Source: Candidatus Omnitrophota bacterium
GTDB lineage: Bacteria > Omnitrophota > Gorgyraeia > Zapsychrales > Zapsychraceae
Length of the DNA: 64,000 bases
Assembly (NCBI GenBank): GCA_028280285.1
Contig: JANQMA010000042.1
Span: 3,572-67,571 of the forward strand
Reading direction: 5' to 3'
Below, piece by piece: positions 1 through 9,015 of the stretch. The notes under the pieces are model-generated. The model was not told where the DNA came from. It did no database searches and saw nothing but the letters and a program-made list of their open reading frames with translations. The position numbers were made by a program, and so were the translations under genes. Position 1 is the stretch's first letter. Each line of letters begins with the position of its first letter.

Positions 1-969
1 TCGATTGAATTGGTGCGTTTTGTTAACTCCGGGACAGAGGCGACGATGAGTGCGATAAGACTTGCGCGAGGGTTCACCGGTCGTGATATTGTGGTTAAAT
101 TTGACGGTTGTTATCACGGGCACTTTGATGATTTACTGACGGTTGCCGGCTCCGGCGTGGCTGAGCTCGCTGAGTCATCGTCCAAGGGTATCCCGCACAA
201 ACATATTGAAAACACCATCAGTCTCCCATTTAACGATACTGAAAAGGTAAAAGCTGTTATTGAAGAAAATAAAGATAAAATTGCCTGTGTTATTTTGGAA
301 CCCGTTGCCGGTAATATGGGCGTTATTCCGGGTACAAAAGAATTTTTACAAATATTGCGTGATGTAACACAAAAGCACGGCATTGTTCTTATTTTTGATG
401 AAATCATGACGGGCTTTAGGACTTCTTCCGGGTGTGTGCAAAGCGATTACGGGATTATCCCGGATATGACGTGTTTGGGTAAGATCATTTCAAGCGGGTT
501 TCCGATCGGGGCCTATGGGGGGCGGAAAGATATTATGGAGTGTTTGGCGCCTTTAGGAAGTGTGTATCAAGCAGGCACGTTTTCAGGTAATCCGGTGGTG
601 ATGAAGGCAGGTTTGGCAGGGTTAAAGCAGCTTAATGATCAAGTGCATGCAAAACTAAATCAAAAATGTGAAAATTTTGCGAATGAATTGAATGCACTTT
701 TTGTTGAACAGGGTGTGGATGCGCACTTGGCGCATTATAAGTCGATGATGAGTCTGCGTTTTAGAAAAGAGCCGGTGCTTAATTACAAAGATGCGCAGGA
801 TGCGCAGGGTCATGAAAGGTACAAAGAGCTCTTTCACTTTTTGCTTAACCGCGGTATTTATCTGCCGCCGGCGGATTTAGAGGCGTTTTTTGTTTCAACA
901 GTTCATTCCAAGAAGGATCTTGCTGAGCTGTCGGATGCGTTGAAGGAATATTTTACAGGCCTTCGTTAG
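1..969 (+). CDS. hemL: Glutamate-1-semialdehyde 2,1-aminomutase, 5'-truncated by the window edge
   Basis: Motifs VRFVNSGTEATMSAIRLARG, FDGCYHGH, FDEIMTGFR, LGKII (PLP lysine), YQAGTFSGNP; frame is open from base 1. Confidence 0.95.
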   Translation, partial: SIELVRFVNSGTEATMSAIRLARGFTGRDIVVKFDGCYHGHFDDLLTVAGSGVAELAESSSKGIPHKHIENTISLPFNDTEKVKAVIEENKDKIACVILEPVAGNMGVIPGTKEFLQILRDVTQKHGIVLIFDEIMTGFRTSSGCVQSDYGIIPDMTCLGKIISSGFPIGAYGGRKDIMECLAPLGSVYQAGTFSGNPVVMKAGLAGLKQLNDQVHAKLNQKCENFANELNALFVEQGVDAHLAHYKSMMSLRFRKEPVLNYKDAQDAQGHERYKELFHFLLNRGIYLPPADLEAFFVSTVHSKKDLAELSDALKEYFTGLR

Positions 970-977
970 GCTTCTGC

Positions 978-1367
978 ATGAAAATAAAATTATTTATATT
1001 GCTCTTTATTGTTGCCTTTACCACAACCGGCTGTTTTGCGCTTCTCATCGGTGCCGGTGGGTATGCCGGTTATCAGTATGTTAATGGGGTTCTTTTCTAT
1101 GATGTCAAACACCCGGTTTCCCAAGTTCATGAAGCCGGACTTAAGGCATTGCGTGATCTTGATGTGTTGATTGTCGATGATGACGTGGCCCGTCATGAGG
1201 CGGTGCTCAAATTTGAATATGATGACGGCAAATGGGGGCGCATTCATATTAAGGCCATAACCGAGCGTGTTGCGTCTGTCAAAATACGTATCGGCACCTT
1301 TGGTGACGAAGAGCGTGCCATGACTGTTAGGTGGGCTCTTGGAAAATATTTGGAGGAAAAAATCTAA
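978..1367 (+). CDS. DUF3568-like lipoprotein
   Basis: Signal peptide with lipobox-like TTTGC, then GAGGYAGY, and C-terminal VKIRIGTFGDE typical of this family. Confidence 0.65.
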   Translation: MKIKLFILLFIVAFTTTGCFALLIGAGGYAGYQYVNGVLFYDVKHPVSQVHEAGLKALRDLDVLIVDDDVARHEAVLKFEYDDGKWGRIHIKAITERVASVKIRIGTFGDEERAMTVRWALGKYLEEKI

Positions 1368-1370
1368 AAT

Positions 1371-1427
1371 AGGTTTTAGGGGTTAGGTTTTAGTGGACTA
1401 ACACCCAACACCTAGCACCTAACACCT
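1371..1427. repeat. Inverted heptamer-repeat palindrome, unit ~AGGTGTT / AACACCT
   Basis: AGGTTTT AGGGGTT AGGTTTT AGT followed by ACTAAC ACCCAAC ACCTAGC ACCTAAC ACCT; fills the intergenic gap. Confidence 0.85.
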
Positions 1428-1430
1428 CTT

Positions 1431-2129
1431 ATGAACAACACACCTCACATTTCTGTCATCATTCCCGTTCATAATGAAGAAAAATCACTGCCGCAGGTCA
1501 TTAGTGATCTTCCCCGCGATATTATCAGTGAAATCATTGTTGTCGATAATGCCAGTACGGATAATACACACACCGTAGCTAAAAAGGCAGGGTGTCGTGT
1601 TATTTTTGAATCGCAAAAAGGCTATGGCAAGGCTTGCCTAGCGGGCATTGCGTGTCTAAACCCTAAAACAGATATCGTTGTTTTTGTCGATGGCGACTAC
1701 AGTGATCACCCGGATGAAATGCCGCGTTTGATTAATCCGATTGTAGAAGGACATTATGACTTTGTGATCGGTTCGCGTATTATGGGTGAGAGGGAAAAAG
1801 GGGCTATGGCACCGCAGGCTTATTTCGGCAATAAATTAGCCTGCTTTCTGATTAAATTATTTTGGGATATTCAGTATACGGATCTAGGGCCTTTTCGCGC
1901 TATTACACGCAAAGCGTTAGATGATCTGATCATGACAGATGAAGATTTTGGCTGGACGATTGAAATGCAAATCAAAGCTATTCGCGCCGGTCTGCGTGTT
2001 AAAGAAATCCCTGTCGCTTACCGCAGGCGTATCGGTCAGTCGAAAATTTCCGGAACATTGGTAGGCACTGTCTTGGCCGGGGGAAAGATACTTTGGACGA
2101 TATTTAAATATAAATTTTTAAAAAAGTGA
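1431..2129 (+). CDS. GT2 glycosyltransferase (DPM1-like)
   Basis: ISVIIPVHNEE, VVDNASTD, FVDGDYS DxD motif, YTDLGPFRAI. Confidence 0.9.
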   Translation: MNNTPHISVIIPVHNEEKSLPQVISDLPRDIISEIIVVDNASTDNTHTVAKKAGCRVIFESQKGYGKACLAGIACLNPKTDIVVFVDGDYSDHPDEMPRLINPIVEGHYDFVIGSRIMGEREKGAMAPQAYFGNKLACFLIKLFWDIQYTDLGPFRAITRKALDDLIMTDEDFGWTIEMQIKAIRAGLRVKEIPVAYRRRIGQSKISGTLVGTVLAGGKILWTIFKYKFLKK

Positions 2130-2183
2130 TCTGTGGCCTGTGGTCAGTGGTCATTGATCACAGACCACAGAACACGGACCACA
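2126..2183. repeat. Inverted heptamer-repeat palindrome, unit TGTGGTC / GACCACA
   Basis: GTGATCT GTGGCCT GTGGTCA GTGGTCA TT GATCACA GACCACA GAACACG GACCACA; overlaps the upstream stop codon. Confidence 0.9.
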
Positions 2184-2189
2184 TAAACT

Positions 2190-3731
2190 ATGTCTATTAA
2201 TAAGTTGCTTATCACCATAGGTTCGGTTTGTGCTTTGCTTTATGTCATGATCACCTGGATGTCTTTTGGTCTGCCGCTTGAGGTTTGTCACTTCCTCAAT
2301 ACTTTAACCTTTAACCTTTCATCTGAAACCTTTCTAGAATTACAAAACGGTTTTCATTATGACAATCCCAACAATGATATGCCGACCGGGATTTATCTTT
2401 TTATCTTCTTTATTATTTTTGTTCTTGTCTTTTATGCCTTTAAAAAAGTAGAGCATGCGGCCTTTAACCAAAAAACGCTTTTGATTATTATTGTTTTTTC
2501 CATATTATTCAGGCTGCTTTCGTTCTGGGGGACGATGATTCATGAAAATGATATCTATCGCTATATGTGGGATGGAAAGACGGCGTTAGCCGGCATCAAT
2601 CCTTTTAAGTATGCTCCGTCGGATCTTTTTCTTTATGATAATGATATTGATTATGATTATTATGATGCGACGCACGATGTAACACTTAAGTTTACAAATT
2701 GGGACGAAAGAAGCAAGGCCGAGTTAGGTCAGCTGCTTGTCCTGCGTGATCAAGACCAAACGCTTTACAATCGTATCGGTCATTGGCAGGTGCCGACCAT
2801 TTATCCGCCGGTGGCCCAGATCCTATTTGCCGTGCCGATGCTCGCTGCGCCGGGTTCGGATATTGTGATGCGGGCCTTTTTTATGTTATTTGACATCGGT
2901 GTTATTTTTCTTATTATTGCCTTACTTAAAACGTTCGATTGTAATCCACTGTGGGTTATTCTCTACGGATGGATGCCGCTTGTTGTGATTCAGTTGACCC
3001 ATTCCGGGCATTATGATGCGATTGTTATTTTTCTGATGATGTTGAGCCTTTATTTATATATTAAGGGAAGAGAAAACATGGCGTGTATGGTTTTAGCACT
3101 GGCAACGTTAAGTAAGTTTTTCCCGGCGGTGTTATTTTTGTTTATGTTTCGCAAGGACTTTATCCGTAAAGGTATTTTGTTTACGGCGGTCATTGCTTTA
3201 TTTTATATTCCGTTTTTTCTTTGGGGGAGTACGGGCATTGCAGGAGTGTTTGAAGGGTTTATGACTTATAACCGTGATTGGTCGTATCATGCGAGCATTT
3301 TTGATATTGTCTATTATACGCTTGAGGTGATATCAACCGATTGGGTTAAAGATTTATATCCGGCGAAAGTCATTGTGGGGCTAATGTATCTTGGTGTAAT
3401 TGCTTTTTTATTTTTTAAACAAAACCATAGGTCACATGCCCTAAGCCTTATTCAAAACTGTTTTTTTGCAATAGCGACGCTTTTTATTTTGAACCCAGTA
3501 GCTGACCCATGGTACTATTGTTGGGTTATGCCGTTTTTATGTATTTTCAGATACCGTTCATGGATTTTACTATCGGGGCTGCTTATGCTAAGCTATCTTA
3601 ATTTTCATACAGATATTCCCTGGACACAGGTGAGGTTTCTTAATCTGAAACTGATTGTGTGGCTGACCTATTTGCCGTTTTTTATTTTACTCGGATCGGA
3701 ATTTTTAAATCGATATTTTAGGACGCGATGA
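2190..3731 (+). CDS. Polytopic membrane GT-C glycosyltransferase (GT87/DUF2029-like)
   Basis: Many TM segments; NDIYRYMWDG, TIYPP, SGHYD, PWY motifs. Confidence 0.75.
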   Translation: MSINKLLITIGSVCALLYVMITWMSFGLPLEVCHFLNTLTFNLSSETFLELQNGFHYDNPNNDMPTGIYLFIFFIIFVLVFYAFKKVEHAAFNQKTLLIIIVFSILFRLLSFWGTMIHENDIYRYMWDGKTALAGINPFKYAPSDLFLYDNDIDYDYYDATHDVTLKFTNWDERSKAELGQLLVLRDQDQTLYNRIGHWQVPTIYPPVAQILFAVPMLAAPGSDIVMRAFFMLFDIGVIFLIIALLKTFDCNPLWVILYGWMPLVVIQLTHSGHYDAIVIFLMMLSLYLYIKGRENMACMVLALATLSKFFPAVLFLFMFRKDFIRKGILFTAVIALFYIPFFLWGSTGIAGVFEGFMTYNRDWSYHASIFDIVYYTLEVISTDWVKDLYPAKVIVGLMYLGVIAFLFFKQNHRSHALSLIQNCFFAIATLFILNPVADPWYYCWVMPFLCIFRYRSWILLSGLLMLSYLNFHTDIPWTQVRFLNLKLIVWLTYLPFFILLGSEFLNRYFRTR

Positions 3732-3807
3732 ATCGCGTCCCTACGATATTTCTATTAATTTTATTAAAAGTGATAGACATATTGTAGGGGCGCCATTTAT
3801 GGCGCCC
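3719..3807. repeat. Pair of GTAG-type REP palindromes in opposite orientation
   Basis: Minus strand GTAGGGACGCGATTCATCGCGTCC (3744-3721); plus strand GTAGGGGCGCCATTTATGGCGCCC (3784-3807). Confidence 0.8.
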
Positions 3808-3863
3808 TAAGTATAGCGAATATTTTATGTTGTTGGATTGTTATAATTAGCGAAAGGGGCAAG

Positions 3864-4622
3864 ATGAAAAAATTAGCATTATTAATCGCAACACTTAGCA
3901 TTATGTTAACTTCCCACACAGTTAATGCGGCATCAGTTGATTACGGCCCGTACGCAGAAATTCTTAAGACCTATGTTGATAAAAAAGGGCTTGTGGATTA
4001 TGTCGGGCTTAAGGAAAACCGCGAGGCCTTTGATGAGGTGATTGCGGCCTTTACTGATACCGATATCGATGCGCTCAGTCCTGTTGAGCAAAAGGCCTTT
4101 TGGATTAATGCTTATAATGCCTACACGCTTAAATTAATTATCGACCGTTATCCACTTAGATTTGGCGGTATATTGACGATTAACTGGGGTCGTCCGTGGA
4201 ATATAGAGATGAAGGTGGCCGGCCGTGATATCACTTTAGGGGAAATTGAACATGAAATTTTGCGTAAATTAGATCCCCCTGATCCGCGTATTCATTTTGC
4301 GATTAATTGCGCTTCTATCGGTTGTCCAATCTTACCGCAAACACCATTTTATGTTGAAACGCTGGATGCACAATTAGATGAAGAAGCGCGTAAATTTATC
4401 AACAATCCTGATAAAGTGCGTTTAGACAGGGAAAAACAAATGTTATATCATTCGGCTATTTTTAAATGGTTTGAAGAGGATTATTTGATCGATGGCCACA
4501 CATTAAAGAGCTACATTGCACAGTATATGACCGAAGCAGATCAAACATATTTGAATAATAATGAAGTGAAACTTAAGGACTTACGTTATGATTGGGGACT
4601 TAATAAACAAGAAAAACAATAA
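3864..4622 (+). CDS. Secreted DUF547 domain protein
   Basis: Signal peptide; AFWINAYNA, RIHFAINCASIGCP, YDWGLN motifs. Confidence 0.9.
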   Translation: MKKLALLIATLSIMLTSHTVNAASVDYGPYAEILKTYVDKKGLVDYVGLKENREAFDEVIAAFTDTDIDALSPVEQKAFWINAYNAYTLKLIIDRYPLRFGGILTINWGRPWNIEMKVAGRDITLGEIEHEILRKLDPPDPRIHFAINCASIGCPILPQTPFYVETLDAQLDEEARKFINNPDKVRLDREKQMLYHSAIFKWFEEDYLIDGHTLKSYIAQYMTEADQTYLNNNEVKLKDLRYDWGLNKQEKQ

Positions 4623-4624
4623 GG

Positions 4625-4693
4625 GTGGTCTGCGGCCCGTGGTCTGTGATCGATAATTTTTTGATAGACCACAGAGCACAGAGCACAGATCAC
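4625..4693. repeat. Inverted heptamer-repeat palindrome, unit TGTGGTC / GACCACA
   Basis: GTGGTCT GCGGCCC GTGGTCT GTGATC ... GACCACA GAGCACA GAGCACA GATCAC. Confidence 0.9.
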
Positions 4694-4713
4694 TTAGATT
4701 AAGGAGTAAGTAT

Positions 4714-5763
4714 ATGCCAACAAAAACTCACAAAGACGTTTCTGAATATTATGGGAAAGTTTTACAAACGAAAAAAGATTTAAAAACAAGTGCGTGCTGT
4801 TCTTTGGAAAAAGTTTCTGACTATGTCCGTGAACCGCTTAAGATGATCGAAGACGAGATCCAGACCAAATTTTACGGATGTGGTGCGCCGATACCGCTTG
4901 TGCTCGACGGGATGAAGGTTCTTGATTTGGGTTGTGGAACAGGTCGTGATTGTTTTGTGATTTCCTATTATGTTGGGGATAAAGGTGAGGTTGTTGGGAT
5001 TGATATGACGGATGAACAATTGGATGTGGCCAATAAATATCTTCCTGTTCAGATGGAGAGATTCGGTTTTAAACGGCCGAATGTCCGGTTTATCAAAGGT
5101 TATATCGAAGATTTAAAGTCGCTTGATCTGCCGGATAATTATTTTGATGTTGTTGTATCCAACTGTGTTGTTAATTTGTCACCCGATAAAGAATCTGTTT
5201 TAAGTGAGGTATTTCGTGTTCTTAAAGAAGGGGGTGAGTTCTTTTTCTCCGACGTCTATGTGGACCGCCGTTTGCCGGATTGGTGCAAGGAGGCCCCTAT
5301 TCTTTTAGGGGAGTGTTTGGGTGGAGCGTTTTACTGGAAAGATTTTGAGCGCCAGGCAAGCAAGACGGGTTTTCATGATCCGCGTGTTTATGCTTGCTCT
5401 AACATAGATTTATTAGATCAGGAGACGATCGATAAGGTGGGATTTGCTCATTTTAATTCCATTACTTATCGTTTATTCAAGCTCGCACAGTTGGAAGATG
5501 CGTGTGAAGATTATGGGCAGGTTGCCTATTATAAAGGAACGATTGAGCATAGCCCGCACAAATTTGTCTTGGATAACCATCATATATTTGAAAAAGACAA
5601 GCCTATGCTTGTTTGTGCGAATACAGCGGCGATGCTGCAGGACACGCGTTTGACCAAGCATTTTGTGATTAAGGGTGATACTTCAGTTCATTATGGGATT
5701 TTTGCAGGCTGTGGAGAGTTGCCGCCGGCTGATGATGATAAGCCGATTGGAGGATGTTGTTAA
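4714..5763 (+). CDS. arsM: Arsenite S-adenosylmethionine methyltransferase (AS3MT-like long form)
   Basis: LKTSACC, FYGCG, VLDLGCGTGRD, SNCVVNL, GECLGGA conserved cysteines; C-terminal GGCC; AAGGAG RBS. Confidence 0.88.
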   Translation: MPTKTHKDVSEYYGKVLQTKKDLKTSACCSLEKVSDYVREPLKMIEDEIQTKFYGCGAPIPLVLDGMKVLDLGCGTGRDCFVISYYVGDKGEVVGIDMTDEQLDVANKYLPVQMERFGFKRPNVRFIKGYIEDLKSLDLPDNYFDVVVSNCVVNLSPDKESVLSEVFRVLKEGGEFFFSDVYVDRRLPDWCKEAPILLGECLGGAFYWKDFERQASKTGFHDPRVYACSNIDLLDQETIDKVGFAHFNSITYRLFKLAQLEDACEDYGQVAYYKGTIEHSPHKFVLDNHHIFEKDKPMLVCANTAAMLQDTRLTKHFVIKGDTSVHYGIFAGCGELPPADDDKPIGGCC

Positions 5764-5765
5764 AT

Positions 5766-5852
5766 CGGTGTTCAGTGTTCGGAGTTCAGTGTTCGTTTAT
5801 GATTGAACACAGAACACCAGGTGGTTCGTTACTCAGCTAGAACACCGAACAC
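5766..5852. repeat. Inverted heptamer-repeat palindrome, unit GTGTTCA/G, with a short insert in the right arm
   Basis: CGGTGTT CAGTGTT CGGAGTT CAGTGTT C ... GAACACA GAACAC [insert] AGAACAC CGAACAC. Confidence 0.9.
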
Positions 5853-5892
5853 GCGATGTACTTTATCTGGGTAATTTGCTATAATCCCCTCC

Positions 5893-6531
5893 ATGCTTTC
5901 GATCATCATCCCGATTTATAACGAAGCAAAGATTTTAGTTGAAAAACGTGATTACTACCTCAGTCTTAAAAATAAGGCTGAGGTTCTTTTTGTTGATGGG
6001 GGCAGTACCGATGATTCGGCTGTGATCGCAGCGGAATATGGTAAGGTTATTGCTTCCCCACAGGGACGGGCTGTTCAAAAAAACCGGGGCGTTGTCGAGG
6101 CACCGGGCGATATGTTTTTGTTTCTTCATGTCGACTCATTTATTAGCGATGAAGCCCTTAAGCGGCTTAAAGGATTAAACGGGACTCATGCCGGCTGTTT
6201 GACAATGGCGATTGAAGATAGGCGACTTATTTTCCGCTTATATGAAAGGGTGGTTAATAACCGTGCTATTAAAAAAGGTTTGGTTGATGGGGATTTGGGG
6301 TTATTTGTTACACGTGCTATCTTTAATCAACTCAATGGATTTAAAGAATTAACGATTATGGATGACATTGAATTTTCCGAGCGTTTAAGAAAAATATGTA
6401 CTTTATCGGTTTTGCCCGAGAAAATCTATGTGTCATCGCGCAGGTGGGATGAGCATGGATTTATTTCGACCTTTTGGCGCTACACGCTTGCCTATATTCA
6501 ACATTATACGGGGTGGAGGATATTTAAATAG
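5893..6531 (+). CDS. GT2 glycosyltransferase, TIGR04283-like (arsenosugar/rSAM-associated transferase 2)
   Basis: LSIIIPIYNE, VDGGSTD, GRAVQKNRG, LFLHVDS, GDLGLF, SSRRW; adjacent to arsM and a TIGR04282-like gene. Confidence 0.8.
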   Translation: MLSIIIPIYNEAKILVEKRDYYLSLKNKAEVLFVDGGSTDDSAVIAAEYGKVIASPQGRAVQKNRGVVEAPGDMFLFLHVDSFISDEALKRLKGLNGTHAGCLTMAIEDRRLIFRLYERVVNNRAIKKGLVDGDLGLFVTRAIFNQLNGFKELTIMDDIEFSERLRKICTLSVLPEKIYVSSRRWDEHGFISTFWRYTLAYIQHYTGWRIFK

Positions 6532-6595
6532 TGTTCGGTGTTCCGTGTTCGGTGTTCAGTCATAAACGAACACTGAACTCTGAACACAGAACACT
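6530..6595. repeat. Inverted heptamer-repeat palindrome, unit GTGTTCG/A
   Basis: AGTGTTC GGTGTTC CGTGTTC GGTGTTC AGTCATAAAC GAACACT GAACTCT GAACACA GAACACT. Confidence 0.9.
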
Positions 6596-6609
6596 ATTAT
6601 AGACTAATT

Positions 6610-7221
6610 ATGAACAATAGTGCCCTAGTCATATTTGCCCGCGAACCAAAGCTGGGCAAGGTCAAGACACGATTGGCCAGAGATGTGGGTGAGGCCGAGG
6701 CCTTGCGTTTATATAAATCTTTTGTCCGTCAGACATTGAAGCTTGCGTCTTCACTCAAAAATCTTGACCGCTATATCTATTATGCCGGCTCCAATGCCTC
6801 CATGCCGTTTTTAAGGCAGTTTAAAAACAGATTTATATTAAAGCAGCAAAGGGGTGGCAATTTGGGCACGCGTATGTATAATGCGTTTGACCATTTATTT
6901 AAGGCAGGGTATCAGAAAGTTATTATTATTGGCACTGATTGTTTGGAAATCACAAAAAAAGACATTCAAACTGCTTATAAAAGATTAGATCGCGCGGATT
7001 ATGTCTTAGGGCCTACTTATGATGGAGGGTATTATTTGATAGGCGCTAAGTTAGCCCACAGGAGTGTGTTTCAAGGTATTACTTGGGGAACAAAAACGGT
7101 GTTTAATCAAACAAAGGCAAAGATTGTAAGGTGTGGGAAGTCATTAAAGGTGATACCCAAAAAGAGCGATATCGATTATTTAGCGGATTTACAGAGATTT
7201 TATAGACAAAAAAAGTTATGA
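6610..7221 (+). CDS. TIGR04282-like (DUF2064) transferase
   Basis: IFAREPKLGKVKTRLA, QRGGNLGTRM, IIGTDC, LGPTYDGGYYLIG, SDID. Confidence 0.88.
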   Translation: MNNSALVIFAREPKLGKVKTRLARDVGEAEALRLYKSFVRQTLKLASSLKNLDRYIYYAGSNASMPFLRQFKNRFILKQQRGGNLGTRMYNAFDHLFKAGYQKVIIIGTDCLEITKKDIQTAYKRLDRADYVLGPTYDGGYYLIGAKLAHRSVFQGITWGTKTVFNQTKAKIVRCGKSLKVIPKKSDIDYLADLQRFYRQKKL

Positions 7222-7238
7222 TGGCGGTATAATTTTCT

Positions 7239-8027
7239 ATGAATATTGTGCAAAAACAATATGCTTTCTGGCCAAGTGTCGTTCGGATTATCGCGACGTT
7301 TTTGATATTTTATTTCCATTTCGGAGGGTTAACTGGTGCATATCCCGTGACTATGCTAGACCGCTTTGCCATTTTACTGTTTTTATTGATATCTGGGTTT
7401 TTTGCTTATCCGCCACATGGCAATGAACTTAGATGGCTTGAACGCAGGTTTAAACACATTCTTTTTCCTTACTGGCCTATCGTGCTGACGGCCATTATTA
7501 CAAATCATGTTATTAACTATAAAGATAGTACTTTGCTGCATGATGTATTAGTGTTTTTCGGATTCAGCCTGTTTTTAGAAAATCCAATCTACATTATTTC
7601 CTGGTTTATCACCCTCATTTTATTTTTCTATCTCAATCTATTTCTTTTTCGTCTAATTAAAAACAAATTAGTAAAAACAATATTTTGGGTCTTAAGCTTT
7701 TATTTGTTCTATGCTTATTTTAAGGTTTCTGCATTTTATTATGTTAGCTTTTATTTGGGTTATTTTTTGCGTTCACGTAATTTTTTAATCAACGAGCCTT
7801 ATTTAAATACAGCTGTGATGAAAAACGTGAATAATCTAATCTTTAAGATTCAGAGTTATTGCTATGTATTTTTCCTGTTGCACGGTGCGATTATTTTATT
7901 TCATGTAAAGGTCCTTCAATGGAGTAATCCAGTTATGTTTGTTAGTGCTTTCTTGAGTTCAGGAGGGCTAACATATATTTATAAACAAATCGTTGACCGG
8001 ACAATCATGCGGATAAAGATTGGATAG
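7239..8027 (+). CDS. Membrane acyltransferase (Acyl_transf_3-like)
   Basis: VRIIATFLIFYFH, FLLISGF, RRFKHILFPYW, FFLLH; multiple TM helices. Confidence 0.7.
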   Translation: MNIVQKQYAFWPSVVRIIATFLIFYFHFGGLTGAYPVTMLDRFAILLFLLISGFFAYPPHGNELRWLERRFKHILFPYWPIVLTAIITNHVINYKDSTLLHDVLVFFGFSLFLENPIYIISWFITLILFFYLNLFLFRLIKNKLVKTIFWVLSFYLFYAYFKVSAFYYVSFYLGYFLRSRNFLINEPYLNTAVMKNVNNLIFKIQSYCYVFFLLHGAIILFHVKVLQWSNPVMFVSAFLSSGGLTYIYKQIVDRTIMRIKIG

Positions 8028-8030
8028 TTT

Positions 8031-9005
8031 ATGCGTGTCCTTCATATTTACACTGAAAACGGTAAAAATTTACTAGAACGTACAGTACAAAATCTCGTTA
8101 AGGGGCTTGATTTTAATGGGGTTGAATCCCAAGTGTGTTGTCTAGATGCATCGTCTGATTTTTCTTCCATTTTAAAAGCATCAAAAGCATCTGTTATTCA
8201 CCTGCACTCTGGAGCAACGTTTAAACAATGCTTGCTGCCAGCCAAGCTTTCTGGTCGTAAGATTATTGTGACAGCCCATCAAGCTAATCAGTCCATTCCT
8301 TATAGTAATCAACATTGGCTTTATAAAAAGGTTGCCAGCTCTGATTTTGTCAATGAAGAGGTCTTTAGTTCTAAAGCGGAGGTGATTTATGATGGGATTG
8401 ACTTAGAAGATTTTGATGCGCAGGCGCGGACAGTTGATGGCGATACGCTTCGCCAAACATATGGAATTGATAAGAATGTTTTCATTATCGGGGCTATCGG
8501 GCCTTTAATTTTGGAAAATGATTATGAAAGTTTGTTTAAAGCTTTGCGTAATGCTGTAGCGAAAGAGATGAATGCGATTGTCCTTATTTCCGGTGAAGGC
8601 CCACTGCGTGCGGATTTGCTTAAAAGTGCAGAAGCTTTGAATATAGCAGATAGAGTGAAGATCATTAACGCAACAGATTATGTGTCTTTGTTTTGTTTGT
8701 TTGATGCCTATGTGGTATCTTCTTTTACAGAAGGTTACTTAAGTAGTATTTTAGGTGCGATGGCAGCGTCTAAGCCTGTGATTGCAACCAAAATCGGTGC
8801 CAATCCTGAGATGGTTGTGCAGGGTAAGACAGGGTTTTTGGTGCCTTGCGGATTTCCGGAGAGGATCGATAATGTGATTATGCGCTGGAGGGCGAATCCG
8901 CAGTTGGCTAAGGATATTGGTTCAGCAGGACGTCAACATGTGGAGGAAAAATTTAGCCTTCCCGTGATGGGAAAAAAGTATAAAGAGTTCTATGGGAAGT
9001 TATAA
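8031..9005 (+). CDS. GT4-fold glycosyltransferase, degenerate catalytic motifs
   Basis: C-terminal AMAASKPVIATKIGANPEMV...TGFLV; EX7E motif altered to EGYLSSILG. Confidence 0.7.
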   Translation: MRVLHIYTENGKNLLERTVQNLVKGLDFNGVESQVCCLDASSDFSSILKASKASVIHLHSGATFKQCLLPAKLSGRKIIVTAHQANQSIPYSNQHWLYKKVASSDFVNEEVFSSKAEVIYDGIDLEDFDAQARTVDGDTLRQTYGIDKNVFIIGAIGPLILENDYESLFKALRNAVAKEMNAIVLISGEGPLRADLLKSAEALNIADRVKIINATDYVSLFCLFDAYVVSSFTEGYLSSILGAMAASKPVIATKIGANPEMVVQGKTGFLVPCGFPERIDNVIMRWRANPQLAKDIGSAGRQHVEEKFSLPVMGKKYKEFYGKL

Positions 9006-9015
9006 AGGAGAATAT

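Noticed and set aside
1371-6595. Repeat clusters as a CRISPR array or integron attC sites
   Set aside because: No constant repeat with unique spacers and no cas genes; no consistent RYYYAAC...GTTRRRY ends and no integrase
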